Shown: positions 5,583-15,960, counted from the stretch's first letter. The stretch: 51,158 nt of DNA from Candidatus Scybalousia scybalohippi (GCA_018065645.1 JAGHSX010000132.1:1-51158), one strand, 5' to 3'. The notes: a model not told the origin generated them from the letters alone. Numbers and translations: made by a program.

Positions 5583-7054
5583 TAAACGAAGAGGTAATTA
5601 AACAGTTTGAAGCCAATCCTGGTGTCGCCCATCAAATACTTGGGTCTAGCTTTGAACAGTTTATTCGCTTCTTTCATTGGTATATGTACCACCAAGAGTT
5701 TATATTTAAGCCTTTTCACCTAATGATTATTAGAAAAGTGGAAGATATTGCCTTTGGTCGTAATGCTAAACGCAATTTAATGATAAATATTCCACCACGT
5801 TTCGGAAAATCTGCTATGATGAAGTATTTGTGTGCTTGGTGCTATATGCTCAATCCACAGTCAAACTGTATTTATACATCTTATTCTGAAGATTTGGTAA
5901 GCAATTTTTCTAAAGACATTCGGGAAATTATTGAAAGCCCGGCATTTAAGTCTTTTACTGGAATTAAGCTAAATAAAGCAAAAACTGGTGCTGATTATTG
6001 GGCAACAGAGCAAGGTGGTGGGTTTCGTGCTGCTCCATTGGGTGGTGCTTTGACTGGGTTCGGTTTCGGTATATCTGGTGATTCTTTTGGGGGCGTATGT
6101 TTAATAGACGACCCAGTTAAGGCGAGTAACGTTAAATCACAAGCAGAATTACAAAATACCGTAGATTATTACCTAAATACACTTAAATCTCGTGCTAATA
6201 ACCAAGCAAAAAGCCCAATTATCTGTATTATGCAGAGATTGGCTATAGAGGACTTGGCTGGTTATATCTTGGACAACGAGAAAGAAGATTGGGACTTGGT
6301 TAAGCTCCCAGCCCTCGATGAAGACACAGGAATTGCCCTGTGGGAAGAAAAGTTCTCGGCTAAGGACTTGCTTAAGCTCAAAAAACTCTCACCTTTCGTG
6401 TTTTATGGGCAATATCAGCAGGAGCCGATTGTCATTGGGGGTTCAGTTTATAAAACAGAGTGGTTTAAGTTCTATAATCCAAATGAACACTTTGATTACC
6501 AATTATCGTTTATTGCAGCTGATACAGCTCAAAAGAAGGGTGAAGGCAATGACTTTACCGTTATGCAGTATTGGGCTAAGACTTATGACAACAAACTCCA
6601 CCTAATTGATATGGTAAGAGGAAAGTTTGATGCAATGGAGCTTAAAGAACAGATTAAGCTTTTCTGGCAGAAGTGGGCTGGCGGTATAAATGGTTGCACC
6701 CCTTATGGGTTCTACATTGAAGATAAGTCTTCTGGTATCGGTGTAATCCAAGAAATTAAGAAAACAGACCCAATTCCTGTTATTCCAATAGAACGTAATA
6801 GACACAAAGATGAGAAGGGTATGTGGGTATCTATGGACAAGTTCTCTCGAGCTATGACCGCCATCCCATATATTGCGAATGGATGGGTCTATTTGCCTTT
6901 TGATGAAAAGTATGATATAAGTAGTAGTATATTAGCGGAGGCGGCTGCCTTCAAGGCTGATTTATCGCATAAGCACGATGACCAAATTGACCCGATGAAT
7001 GATGCGATAGACATAGCTTTTGGTGCAACTGGCTTAAGTTCTATCTTTATTTGA
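5579..7054 (+). CDS. terL: terminase large subunit
   Basis: Walker A-like PPRFGKSAMM, Walker B-like VCLIDDP, and C-terminal nuclease-like region with HKHDDQIDPMNDAIDIAF; size and position are typical. Confidence 0.9.
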   Translation: MINEEVIKQFEANPGVAHQILGSSFEQFIRFFHWYMYHQEFIFKPFHLMIIRKVEDIAFGRNAKRNLMINIPPRFGKSAMMKYLCAWCYMLNPQSNCIYTSYSEDLVSNFSKDIREIIESPAFKSFTGIKLNKAKTGADYWATEQGGGFRAAPLGGALTGFGFGISGDSFGGVCLIDDPVKASNVKSQAELQNTVDYYLNTLKSRANNQAKSPIICIMQRLAIEDLAGYILDNEKEDWDLVKLPALDEDTGIALWEEKFSAKDLLKLKKLSPFVFYGQYQQEPIVIGGSVYKTEWFKFYNPNEHFDYQLSFIAADTAQKKGEGNDFTVMQYWAKTYDNKLHLIDMVRGKFDAMELKEQIKLFWQKWAGGINGCTPYGFYIEDKSSGIGVIQEIKKTDPIPVIPIERNRHKDEKGMWVSMDKFSRAMTAIPYIANGWVYLPFDEKYDISSSILAEAAAFKADLSHKHDDQIDPMNDAIDIAFGATGLSSIFI

Positions 7055-7062
7055 GGTAAAAA

Positions 7063-8682
7063 ATGGCAAAAACAAAAAATAATAGTAAAGATGAAAAACA
7101 AAATAGTTTAGTAGATTTTGCTGGTAATGTTCAAGGTTGGGGGTTGGGCGGTAATCCATTTGCTCCACAAAACTCACGTTTAGACACTGTTTTCTTAAAT
7201 ACTCGGTGGAACTTAGTAAGTAACTATCGTTCTGTGTTGGCAGAAGCATACGCCGAGTATGGTTTGGTTCAAACTCTTGTAGAACAACCGGTAGATGATG
7301 CTTTCCGTTCTGGGTTTAAAATTGTAACAAATGAATTAGAAGATAGCCAAAAGATTGAATTGCAACGCTTTGTTGAAGAAAATCGCATTATTGAGGAATT
7401 AAAGAAATCTGTTGTGTGGGCTCGTTTGTTTGGTGGCGGTGGGCTTGTTATTATGGTAGAACAAAACCCAGCCAAACAATTTGATATTTCTAAAGTTAAA
7501 AAAGGCTCTCCGTTGGAGTTTAAGGCTGCTGATATGTGGGAACTCTACAAAGACCAAACAAACTTCTGGAATCCCTGGGAAGTACAAGACGAAAAGAAAA
7601 TGTACAACTATTATGGGGTAAGATTACACAGAAGTCGTGTTTTGCCTGTTTGTGGTAAAGAAGCTCCTTCATTTATTCGTCCTCGTCTTCGTGGGTGGGG
7701 TATGAGTGAACTAGAACGTGTTATTCGTTCTATCAACGCCTATTTAAAGAACCAAGATTTAATCTTTGAATTATTAGATGAAGCCAAAATTGACGTTTAT
7801 CAATTAAATGGCTTTAATACAGCGATGTTGACAGATAAAGGTACGAGAGTAGCCGAAAGACGTGTTCAGGTTTCTAACAGCCTTAAATCGTATTTAAATG
7901 CACTTATTTTGGATACCAACGACAAATATGAACAGAAACAACTGTCTTTCGCTGGTTTAAGTGATATTTTGACACAAATTCGTCAGGGGGTGGCTTCTGA
8001 CCTTAAAATGCCAATGACAAAGTTGTTTGGTGTGAGTGCGGCTGGTTTTAACTCTGGTGAAGACGATATTGAAAACTACAACTCAATGATTGAATCAGAA
8101 GTTCGTAGTAAGGTGAAATACTTGGTGGTCGATGTCTTAAAGATTTGTTGTCAATATTTGTTTGGGTTTGTTCCAGAAGATATGTCCATCAAGTTCAATA
8201 CACTTCGTATTCTCTCGGCTGAACAAGAAGAGAATATGAAAAACAGCCAATTTAACCGTTTAATTCAAGCATATTCAAACGGTTTGGTGAGCGTGGGTGA
8301 CTTTATGGTCGGATGTAACAATGAAGCCTTGTTGCCATTTACATATGCAGAAGAGGATATTCAGGCTATGAGCCAAAGTGGATATTCAAAAATCGGTATG
8401 GAAAAAAGCGATAAAAAAGGAAAGAAGGGTGGTTTGTTCAGTAAGTTCTTTGGTGGAGCCACAGAACCGGGCGAAGACCCAAATGCCGTTCAGGGAAATG
8501 GTATGAACTTTCCAAACAAGGCGAAGAAGGGAAACGAAGCCAACGAACAGGGCAAAGTAAAGGAAGTTGATGTGACTTCTAACAAGTTCACAACACCTGA
8601 CCGTGAGAAAAAACCTTTGCCTGAAGAATCTTTCCCATACAAGGGTCACAGAACGAAACGTTATGTTGAAGCAGGACACTGA
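7063..8682 (+). CDS. portal protein (DUF1073/HI1409-like) with long Lys/Gly-rich C-terminal tail
   Basis: 539 aa immediately after terL; WARLFGGGGLVIMV-type motif recalled for DUF1073 portals. Confidence 0.75.
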   Translation: MAKTKNNSKDEKQNSLVDFAGNVQGWGLGGNPFAPQNSRLDTVFLNTRWNLVSNYRSVLAEAYAEYGLVQTLVEQPVDDAFRSGFKIVTNELEDSQKIELQRFVEENRIIEELKKSVVWARLFGGGGLVIMVEQNPAKQFDISKVKKGSPLEFKAADMWELYKDQTNFWNPWEVQDEKKMYNYYGVRLHRSRVLPVCGKEAPSFIRPRLRGWGMSELERVIRSINAYLKNQDLIFELLDEAKIDVYQLNGFNTAMLTDKGTRVAERRVQVSNSLKSYLNALILDTNDKYEQKQLSFAGLSDILTQIRQGVASDLKMPMTKLFGVSAAGFNSGEDDIENYNSMIESEVRSKVKYLVVDVLKICCQYLFGFVPEDMSIKFNTLRILSAEQEENMKNSQFNRLIQAYSNGLVSVGDFMVGCNNEALLPFTYAEEDIQAMSQSGYSKIGMEKSDKKGKKGGLFSKFFGGATEPGEDPNAVQGNGMNFPNKAKKGNEANEQGKVKEVDVTSNKFTTPDREKKPLPEESFPYKGHRTKRYVEAGH

Positions 8683-8683
8683 T

Positions 8684-8712
8684 TTGACAATGGGTAAAAA
8701 GTGGTATAATAT
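8684..8712 (+). promoter_or_regulatory. internal promoter TTGACA-17-TAATAT
   Basis: ttgaca at 8684-8689; taatat at 8707-8712 (an overlapping TATAAT at 8705-8710 would give a 15-nt spacer). Confidence 0.4.
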
Positions 8713-8737
8713 AAAATATATACAATAGGATTTGTGG

Positions 8738-9871
8738 ATGTTAGAAAACGAAAAACAATTACCGAAAGTGTACTATGCCCGACACATTACTGAAGGGCTT
8801 GTCCACTATTTTGAAAATGGTCAAGACAGACTTTATTTGGTAACAAATGATGCTCTTAAAAAGATGAACCGTTCTTTTGAGGGCAAGCCTGTATTTGTTA
8901 GTCACGTTGATAAGATAGATTTAGAGAACTTAAAGGAACAAGCTGATGGTTATGTTTCTGAGAGCTTCTATAATGAGCTTGATGGGTCTTGGTGGGTTAA
9001 GTTTATCGCTGTAAGTGATAAAGCCCAAGAGGCTATCAAAAATGGTTGGGCTGTGTCAAACGCATATCTCCCAACCGAGTATAGTGGTGGAGGGTCTTAC
9101 CACGACATTGATTACCAAAAGGAAATCAAGAATGGGACATATGGACACCTTGCCATTGTGAGTAATCCTCGGTATGAGGAGTCTGTGATTATGACACCAG
9201 AAGAGTTTAAACACTTTAACGAAGTCAAAAAACAGGAACTTGAACAACTTAAAAACTCAAAGGAGAAAAAGATGCTTTCCAAAGAAGAAATGGAATCTTT
9301 GATGAGCACTATCCAAAACTCTCTTCCCGGAATGATTGAAGCTTCGGTCAAGAAAGTTATGGAAGAAAATGCCATTAAAGAGAAGCAAAATGCCTTAGAT
9401 GAGAATAAGCGTTGTTTGGTTCGTGAATTGGGTGGCATTGCTGCTAAAGACGAATCAGAAATGGCTTTATCAGAAAAGGTGAATTCCATTATCGGTCTAG
9501 CCGAGCAACTGAAGAACTCTTGTGGGGAAGAACCTAAGAAGGAAGAACCTGCCAAGGAAAACGAAGCAGAAGAACCCAAAAAGGAAGAAGAACCCAAAGA
9601 AAACGAAGCTGCTGACGAAGATAAGCCAGCCGATAATGAATGCGGGAAAGAGAACGAAGCAGAAGAAAAACCTGCTGAAGAACCTAAAGAGGAAGAAAAG
9701 GACAACGCTGCTGAAGAACCTGCGAAGGAAGAAAAAGCAGAAGAACCTAAAGAAAACTCAAAAGGATTCTTTGAAGCTCTCAAGAACGCAAAAATGGCTG
9801 TATGTGGTAACAAAGTTTCCACTATGGCTACTGGCTTACAACTAGGCAAAGACCGTTATGGTAAAAAATAA
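8738..9871 (+). CDS. prohead scaffold/protease-like protein (DUF2213-like) with E/K/P-rich C-terminal tail
   Basis: Start moved to ATG 8738 (TAGGA SD 7 nt upstream). Follows the portal. The C-terminal ~90 aa are EEPKKEE-type repeats. Confidence 0.55.
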   Translation: MLENEKQLPKVYYARHITEGLVHYFENGQDRLYLVTNDALKKMNRSFEGKPVFVSHVDKIDLENLKEQADGYVSESFYNELDGSWWVKFIAVSDKAQEAIKNGWAVSNAYLPTEYSGGGSYHDIDYQKEIKNGTYGHLAIVSNPRYEESVIMTPEEFKHFNEVKKQELEQLKNSKEKKMLSKEEMESLMSTIQNSLPGMIEASVKKVMEENAIKEKQNALDENKRCLVRELGGIAAKDESEMALSEKVNSIIGLAEQLKNSCGEEPKKEEPAKENEAEEPKKEEEPKENEAADEDKPADNECGKENEAEEKPAEEPKEEEKDNAAEEPAKEEKAEEPKENSKGFFEALKNAKMAVCGNKVSTMATGLQLGKDRYGKK

Positions 9872-9886
9872 AAAAAGGAGAATAAA

Positions 9887-10369
9887 ATGGAAACCAAAAT
9901 GTCTTATACTATGAACCAGTTTGCTCCTACAAGCGAAATTAAAGGTCGTTTGTGTTTACAAGCAAACTTAAATTCATATGCGGGTGTCGTGGATTCTACG
10001 CAATCTGATGCGTTGTTACCCGGTGACCCAATTATGATTGTGACAACTTCAACAAAGTTGCCCCATATTAAAAAAGCCGCTGTTGGCGATATGGTAATGG
10101 GATTTGTTAAATGGACAGCTAAAAAGCCTTCCTTCAAAGCTGGAGAAGCAGTTGAATTCTGTGGTGCTGGCGATGTGATGTATATGGAAGCTGACGCTGC
10201 TGTGAACGCTGGTGCTGCTGTGAACGTTGCTGACTTAACTAACGTTCAAATTGCTGCTGCTGGTGCTAGCAAATCTGTTGTTGGGTATACTCTGGAAAAA
10301 GCTGCTAACGCTGGCGAATTAGTCCGTGTTATCATCGGTGCTCCAGTTGTTTTAACCGCTAACTCTTAA
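9887..10369 (+). CDS. head structural protein (decoration/auxiliary, Ala-rich)
   Basis: AGGAG SD; lies between the scaffold-like gene and the major capsid gene. Confidence 0.35.
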   Translation: METKMSYTMNQFAPTSEIKGRLCLQANLNSYAGVVDSTQSDALLPGDPIMIVTTSTKLPHIKKAAVGDMVMGFVKWTAKKPSFKAGEAVEFCGAGDVMYMEADAAVNAGAAVNVADLTNVQIAAAGASKSVVGYTLEKAANAGELVRVIIGAPVVLTANS

Positions 10370-10383
10370 TAAGGAGAAAAAAA

Positions 10384-11415
10384 ATGAGTTTGATTTTAAA
10401 TTCAAAAGGTGAACGTGTAGAAGCCGCCTCCGTCTTAACAGACAAAGAATTAGCACACGCTGAAATGTTGACTAACGCTGCTCAACAAACCGGTTATGAA
10501 ATTGATGTGACCACTTTGACAGCTGTTATCAAAACCGTTGCTGAACAAAAATTCTACGAAATCCCTGTGGCTGAATATATGCCTGTCCGTGTTGGAGAAG
10601 GTACAGCTTGGGCTCATAACATCACAGCTTTCCGTTCTTTCATTACGGGTGGTGACTTTGATAAAGGTTACATTGACCAAGGTAATGGCACTCGTTTGTC
10701 CAGCACAGACGCTGCTGTCGATGCTTTGACAATTCCTGTGAAGACTTGGGCTAAAGAATTAGCTTGGTCATTACCTGAAATTGCCGAAGCTTCTCGTACA
10801 GGTGTGTGGGACATCGTTGCTGCTAAAGAAAAATCCCGTAAAAAGAACTGGGACTTGGGTATTCAAAAAGTCGCTTTCTTGGGTTCTACAGACGGTGTGT
10901 TAAAAGGTGCTTTGAACCAAACAGATGTTACAGTGAACACTTCTTTAATTACTGCTCCATTGTCTTCTATGACAACAGCTCAATTAAATACGTTTGCTGC
11001 TAAGATTTTGGATGCTTACCAAGCAAATGCTAACTACACAGCTTACCCAGACTTTATGTGGGTTCCTCAAAACGATTACAATGGTTTGGCTACCTTCACT
11101 GGTGACTTCCCAATGTTGTCTCGTAAAGAAATCCTTGAAAAAGCTGTTTCTGGCATTACTGGAAAAGAATTCAAGATTCGTCCTTTGGCTTATGCTAAAG
11201 CCACTTTGTCTGGTGGATTATTGACCTACAACCGTTATGTGTTGGGTCGTTATGACGAAGATGTGGCTCGCTTCGAAATCCCTGTGGATTACACAGTGAC
11301 TGTTGCGAACAGCATTGAAGGATTTACATTCCGTAACGTTGGTTATGGTCAACATTCTGGCGTATTATCCTTACGTCCTCAAGAATTGTTGTACTTGGAT
11401 GACCAATCCGGCTAA
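10384..11415 (+). CDS. major capsid protein
   Basis: 343 aa, strong AAGGAG SD, codon usage typical of a highly expressed gene, canonical position after the scaffold. Confidence 0.75.
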   Translation: MSLILNSKGERVEAASVLTDKELAHAEMLTNAAQQTGYEIDVTTLTAVIKTVAEQKFYEIPVAEYMPVRVGEGTAWAHNITAFRSFITGGDFDKGYIDQGNGTRLSSTDAAVDALTIPVKTWAKELAWSLPEIAEASRTGVWDIVAAKEKSRKKNWDLGIQKVAFLGSTDGVLKGALNQTDVTVNTSLITAPLSSMTTAQLNTFAAKILDAYQANANYTAYPDFMWVPQNDYNGLATFTGDFPMLSRKEILEKAVSGITGKEFKIRPLAYAKATLSGGLLTYNRYVLGRYDEDVARFEIPVDYTVTVANSIEGFTFRNVGYGQHSGVLSLRPQELLYLDDQSG

Positions 11416-11432
11416 TCTAGGAGGACTTTACT

Positions 11433-11696
11433 ATGAGAATTAAAAACGAATCTCAAAGAATGTTCTACTTTAATGGGGGCTGTCTTGCCCCCGGCAAAGC
11501 CGCCGACATTCAAGATGTAAAAGTTGCTGAAGCCTTGGTTAAAGGTTATCCTGGAGAAATTATCTCTTTGGATGATGTAGAGGTGACAGTAATCCCTGCG
11601 GTTAAAGAAGAAGCTCCTGTTGAAGAAGCTCCTGCTGAAGAACCAAAGGAAGAGAAAGTTGAAAAGATTTCTCGTAAATCTAAAAAGTCCAAATAA
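11433..11696 (+). CDS. hypothetical head-associated protein with E/A/P/K-rich tail
   Basis: ORF track; AGGAGG SD. Confidence 0.45.
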   Translation: MRIKNESQRMFYFNGGCLAPGKAADIQDVKVAEALVKGYPGEIISLDDVEVTVIPAVKEEAPVEEAPAEEPKEEKVEKISRKSKKSK

Positions 11697-11713
11697 GTAA
11701 TAGGAGGGAAGTT

Positions 11714-12193
11714 ATGTCAGAAATGTTAGACTTGGTTACCGTTGAGGATTTCAAATGTCAGTTTCCTCGTAACTTCCCTTATTTTACTCAAAAAGGACCT
11801 TTTGCTAAACCAAAGCCAAATGGGGCTTCTGCAGAAGATTATGTTTTAGATTGCGACATCGAAAGGGCTTTCAAAGAAGCCGATGCTTGTTATAACATCG
11901 ACTTGTTAGGAAAAGATGACACTGGGAAGTTGATATTTTTATATCTCGCTGCATTTTACTTGGCGTACGACTTATCGGTCGCTGCAGGTGGGGCATTTGG
12001 TCAAGTTAATTTCCCAGCGACATCTGTTAAGGTGGGAAGTGTTGCGGAGACATATTATATCCCTGATTCCATTGCAAACAACCCAGCGTTAAGTTTGTAT
12101 ATGACAAATGGATTTGGCAAGAAGTATTTAAGCCTTGTCTATCCGAAGCTTGTTGGAAATGTTGGAGTGGTGGCAGGATGGTCTTTACCGTAA
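11714..12193 (+). CDS. head-tail connector/adaptor protein (DUF4054-like position)
   Basis: ORF track; AGGAGG SD; synteny. Confidence 0.4.
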   Translation: MSEMLDLVTVEDFKCQFPRNFPYFTQKGPFAKPKPNGASAEDYVLDCDIERAFKEADACYNIDLLGKDDTGKLIFLYLAAFYLAYDLSVAAGGAFGQVNFPATSVKVGSVAETYYIPDSIANNPALSLYMTNGFGKKYLSLVYPKLVGNVGVVAGWSLP

Positions 12194-12639
12194 CTTCAGA
12201 AATTAAATATAACGACAATGGATTAAAGGATGTTTTAGAAGCCTGCAAAGAACTTTCTAAAACATTGAGAGTTGGTATATTTGGTCAACCAGAAGAAGCC
12301 ACGAAGGCATTTAATAACGAATTTGGGTTTATTACAGATACAGGTAATCTTGTGCCCGCTCGTTCTAACTTATATATGCCATTAGAGGTTTGTTCTAATG
12401 ACATTGTTGAATCTGGAAGAAAACAATTAAAAGAAATTACAAAGGAAAGTGCTAAATCAGCACTAAATGAGATGGGAGAAGAAAGTTTAAAAGCCATAAA
12501 CGATTCATTTGAATCTAGGGGGTTCTTTACTTGGGAAGACAACGCTCAATATACAATAGCTATGAAGGGTAAGGATACTCCTCTTATCGATACTGGCAAA
12601 CTAAAGAAATCGTATAGTTACGAAATTGTAGGAGGTTAG
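12178..12639 (+). CDS. head completion/neck protein
   Basis: ORF track; overlapping start; synteny only. Confidence 0.35.
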   Translation: MVFTVTSEIKYNDNGLKDVLEACKELSKTLRVGIFGQPEEATKAFNNEFGFITDTGNLVPARSNLYMPLEVCSNDIVESGRKQLKEITKESAKSALNEMGEESLKAINDSFESRGFFTWEDNAQYTIAMKGKDTPLIDTGKLKKSYSYEIVGG

Positions 12640-12640
12640 A

Positions 12641-13021
12641 ATGGGTTTTAGTCCAATTAGAATGACATTAAAAAGCAGATTACCAAGACCTCAGCTGGGT
12701 ATCAATATGTGGTCTCAGGGCTCACAAGCAAAGGTTATTACACAGGTTGTAGATGGGTATGGAAATGTGACAGACCAAGAATCATACTTTAATTTTGACG
12801 GGGTTATTCAACCATTAGACCCAGAACAAATCAGATTAAAGGAAGAAGGTCAGTGGTCTTGGAGTTGGTATTGGTTTCACACAAAGGAAAATGTGAAACT
12901 TGCAACCAACGACAGAGTTGAGTATAATGGAAGTACTTATAAGATTATGGCTGTAAAGGATTACTCCGATTATGGTCACATTGAATACCATTGTATAAAG
13001 GATTGGCAGAATGCAGGTTGA
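12641..13021 (+). CDS. head closure/neck protein
   Basis: ORF track; GGAGG SD; synteny only. Confidence 0.35.
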   Translation: MGFSPIRMTLKSRLPRPQLGINMWSQGSQAKVITQVVDGYGNVTDQESYFNFDGVIQPLDPEQIRLKEEGQWSWSWYWFHTKENVKLATNDRVEYNGSTYKIMAVKDYSDYGHIEYHCIKDWQNAG

Positions 13022-13568
13022 GGAACACTTTGTTGACATTATCCGTAAGGAAATGGAGCTTGACCAACAACATATTTGGATTCAAGCACAGAATAGGAAG
13101 ATTCCTCCTAATTCACAAGATTTGTTTGTTGTTGTGGGGGCTGTTTCTTTTAAGCCCATTTCGTCTAAAAGCGAATATATCCATTCAACAGATAAAGAGC
13201 GACAGGTTGTATATGGGCGGGCTACCGTTCAAGTTGATATAATGAGCCGCTCAAACGAGGCAAGGGTTCGGAGAGAGGAAATCTTGATGGCCCTAAACTC
13301 ATTCTATTCTAAGGAGATACAGAACAAGTATCATTTTAGGATATTTGAGTTGTCCGAAAGTTTTATCAATTTGTCTGGCCTTGCCGGTGGTTCTGATATA
13401 AATAGATTTTCTATTAGAATCCCTGCAATGGTTACAGAGGAAAAGATAAAATCTACTAACTATTATGATAGTTTTAATGCCAAGCTCTTTGTTGAGGAGA
13501 AGGGTGTTGATGTCATAGAGATGAACAATTTGCAGAACGACCCTGAAACCGATTTGCAAAGTTCATAA
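13011..13568 (+). CDS. tail completion/neck protein
   Basis: ORF track; synteny only. Confidence 0.35.
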   Translation: MQVEEHFVDIIRKEMELDQQHIWIQAQNRKIPPNSQDLFVVVGAVSFKPISSKSEYIHSTDKERQVVYGRATVQVDIMSRSNEARVRREEILMALNSFYSKEIQNKYHFRIFELSESFINLSGLAGGSDINRFSIRIPAMVTEEKIKSTNYYDSFNAKLFVEEKGVDVIEMNNLQNDPETDLQSS

Positions 13569-13607
13569 AAATGGTTTATTATGTTAATATAAAAAGGAGA
13601 ATAAAAT

Positions 13608-15074
13608 ATGAGTGAATTATCTATCTCAAATATTATTCGGGTTACTGTTCAGGGTTTAGAGCGTTCTAAGACAGCCAAGAATGTAAACGAGGTTGCCTTG
13701 TTCACGACAGAAACACCAAACAATTCTGACCCGTTTATGATTGCGATTGACCCATCTGATATTGTAAATGCTTATGGTACAGATTCTTTAACCGCTAAAA
13801 TGGCTAACAATGTGTTTGCCCAAAATTCAAATTTGAACTCTGGTCGAGGTTACTTGGTTGTTATCCCGATGCAAAGTGCTGTTTCGGCAACCGCTGAAAC
13901 GTTCGAAACAACAGATTTAACTTCTGCTGTCAGTTCTTTTAAGTCTGTAACAGATGGTTCTTTGAATATTTCTGTTGATGGCAAGTCTGTATCTTTGGCA
14001 AACTTAAACTTTTCGAGTGTATCGAATGTTAACGACATTGCTAAGGTTATTTCAAATGCAACAAAGGCTTGTTGGGTCAGTGTTTCTTCTGGGAAAATTA
14101 AGTTTTCTGCTAAAAAGGTTGGTGCTGATTCTGCTGTTGTTCTTTCAAGTGGAACAGGTGGTACCGATATTAGTGCTTCTCAATATTTGAATGTATCTGG
14201 TGGAACAACTATTAACGGTTCAAACAGCTCTGGAGAAAAGCTTTCTGCGGCAATTGCTCGTGTTAAAGAAAGTGTTCGTTTTACTGGAATTATTGACAAC
14301 TTAATGGTTGAAGATGATGAAGCAAAAGCGACAAGTGCCTATATTAACTCAAACGATATGATTTGGGTTCACGCTTTCTGTTCGATTGCTGATATTCAAG
14401 GTGTTGCCACAGATATTAAATCTGCTGGTCAAAAACAAACACGTTGCCTTGTTTATACAAATGGTCTAGCAGATGCTTGTTTGATGGCGGCCGCTTATGC
14501 TGGGCGTGCTTTCTCTGTGAACTTTAGTGGTTCTGCTACAAGCCAAACAATGAACTTAAAAACACTTGTTAACGTGTTGCCAGACGAAGGAATTACACAA
14601 ACAGACTATGCCGCTGCTAAGATTGCTGGTTGTGATTTGTATGTGTCCTATGAAGGAGATTCTGGTGTTTTGTCTACTGGTGGTAACGGATACTTTGATA
14701 CTATTTATGAAAACATGGCTTTGAAGTTTAACGCTCAAGTTGCTGTGTATAATGTTTTAAAAACAACCGGAACAAAGATTCCTCAAACAGAAACTGGTGT
14801 GTCTGTGTTGAAAGATGCTTTGGCTCAGGTGTTTATCCAGTTTGTCCGTAATGGTGTGTTGGCTCCCGGTAAGTGGAACAACGCTCAAACATTCGGTGAC
14901 CCGGAAACATTCCGTGAAAACATTGCTCAACAAGGTTGGTACATTTATAGTATGCCAATCGCAGAACAAGCTCAAAGCGAACGTGAACAACGTATTGCTC
15001 CTGTTATCCAGGGTGCTTGCAAGCGTGCTGGTGCTATCCATGAAGCCGACGTTTTAATCATAGTGGAGGAATAA
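13608..15074 (+). CDS. tail sheath protein
   Basis: 488 aa directly upstream of a ~150-aa tube-sized gene and the chaperone/tape-measure pair; AAGGAG SD. Confidence 0.65.
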   Translation: MSELSISNIIRVTVQGLERSKTAKNVNEVALFTTETPNNSDPFMIAIDPSDIVNAYGTDSLTAKMANNVFAQNSNLNSGRGYLVVIPMQSAVSATAETFETTDLTSAVSSFKSVTDGSLNISVDGKSVSLANLNFSSVSNVNDIAKVISNATKACWVSVSSGKIKFSAKKVGADSAVVLSSGTGGTDISASQYLNVSGGTTINGSNSSGEKLSAAIARVKESVRFTGIIDNLMVEDDEAKATSAYINSNDMIWVHAFCSIADIQGVATDIKSAGQKQTRCLVYTNGLADACLMAAAYAGRAFSVNFSGSATSQTMNLKTLVNVLPDEGITQTDYAAAKIAGCDLYVSYEGDSGVLSTGGNGYFDTIYENMALKFNAQVAVYNVLKTTGTKIPQTETGVSVLKDALAQVFIQFVRNGVLAPGKWNNAQTFGDPETFRENIAQQGWYIYSMPIAEQAQSEREQRIAPVIQGACKRAGAIHEADVLIIVEE

Positions 15075-15075
15075 A

Positions 15076-15534
15076 ATGAGTGAAACTTACAGACTTACTG
15101 GTGATGATACTTTTACCGTTTGGGGACGTACTATTACTGACCTTGCTGACGGGGACATTATCACCGTAACAGCCGATAACAACATTGCTTCATCGGTTGT
15201 TGGTAAAAACGGCAATATGATTATTGCCAAAGACGAACAAGGTAAGAAATGCACAATTACACTTCGTTTGTTAAAAGGCTCGGGTGACGACAAGTTCATC
15301 TTGAACTACTACAAGACATACGAAATTGACAGTGCGTTGTTTATCTTGGGCAACGGTAGCTTTAGCAAACGTTTGGGTGATGGACAAGGGAATGTCGTAT
15401 ATGATACTCGTTATCTAAAGGCTATTCACTTTACACGCCCCCCTTACGATGCGACAAGCAACGTGAATGGTGCAACAGACCAAGCTGTTACAGTTTATAC
15501 AATGCAAGCCATTGTTGACCGTACGATTGGTTAA
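15076..15534 (+). CDS. tail tube protein
   Basis: 152 aa between sheath and chaperone genes. Confidence 0.6.
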   Translation: MSETYRLTGDDTFTVWGRTITDLADGDIITVTADNNIASSVVGKNGNMIIAKDEQGKKCTITLRLLKGSGDDKFILNYYKTYEIDSALFILGNGSFSKRLGDGQGNVVYDTRYLKAIHFTRPPYDATSNVNGATDQAVTVYTMQAIVDRTIG

Positions 15535-15561
15535 TAAGTAAAAAAGAAAGGAAGGGTAGAT

Positions 15562-15960
15562 ATGGAATTTCAAACAAAAGAAAATGGGGCAAAGGTTGTA
15601 ATCAACCCTTGTTCTTTGTTTGATGCTTTTAAGCTTAAGTCGGAAATACAAAAGGCTTTGTTGAAAAACAACATTAAAATAGAAGAAGTATTTGAAAAAG
15701 ATATTGTTTCTCTGTTTTTAGCCTTAGATTCTTCTGAAGAAATATTTAAGTGTATGTTTGCTTGTTTGAAAAAGTCAACATACAACGACATTAAGATAAC
15801 AGAAGAGGTTTTCGAAAAGGAAGATGCAAGGGGTGACTTATATGAAGTATTCTTTGCTTGTTTAAAGGTGAATATCTACCCTTTTTTCAAACCTCTCCTT
15901 TCACAGTTAGGAATCCAATTAGAGATTCCGAATGTAGGAGAGAGCCTGAAACACGAATAG
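15562..15960 (+). CDS. tail assembly chaperone (G-like, short form)
   Basis: 132 aa, acidic, immediately upstream of the tape measure; overlapped by a -1 frame ORF. Confidence 0.65.
   Translation: MEFQTKENGAKVVINPCSLFDAFKLKSEIQKALLKNNIKIEEVFEKDIVSLFLALDSSEEIFKCMFACLKKSTYNDIKITEEVFEKEDARGDLYEVFFACLKVNIYPFFKPLLSQLGIQLEIPNVGESLKHE

Noticed and set aside
9112-9849. 245-aa minus-strand ORF (S/A/L/F-rich)
   Set aside because: It is the antisense reading of the GAA/AAG-rich repeat array that encodes the scaffold E/K/P tail. Low-complexity sequence of this kind produces such an ORF as a frame artefact.
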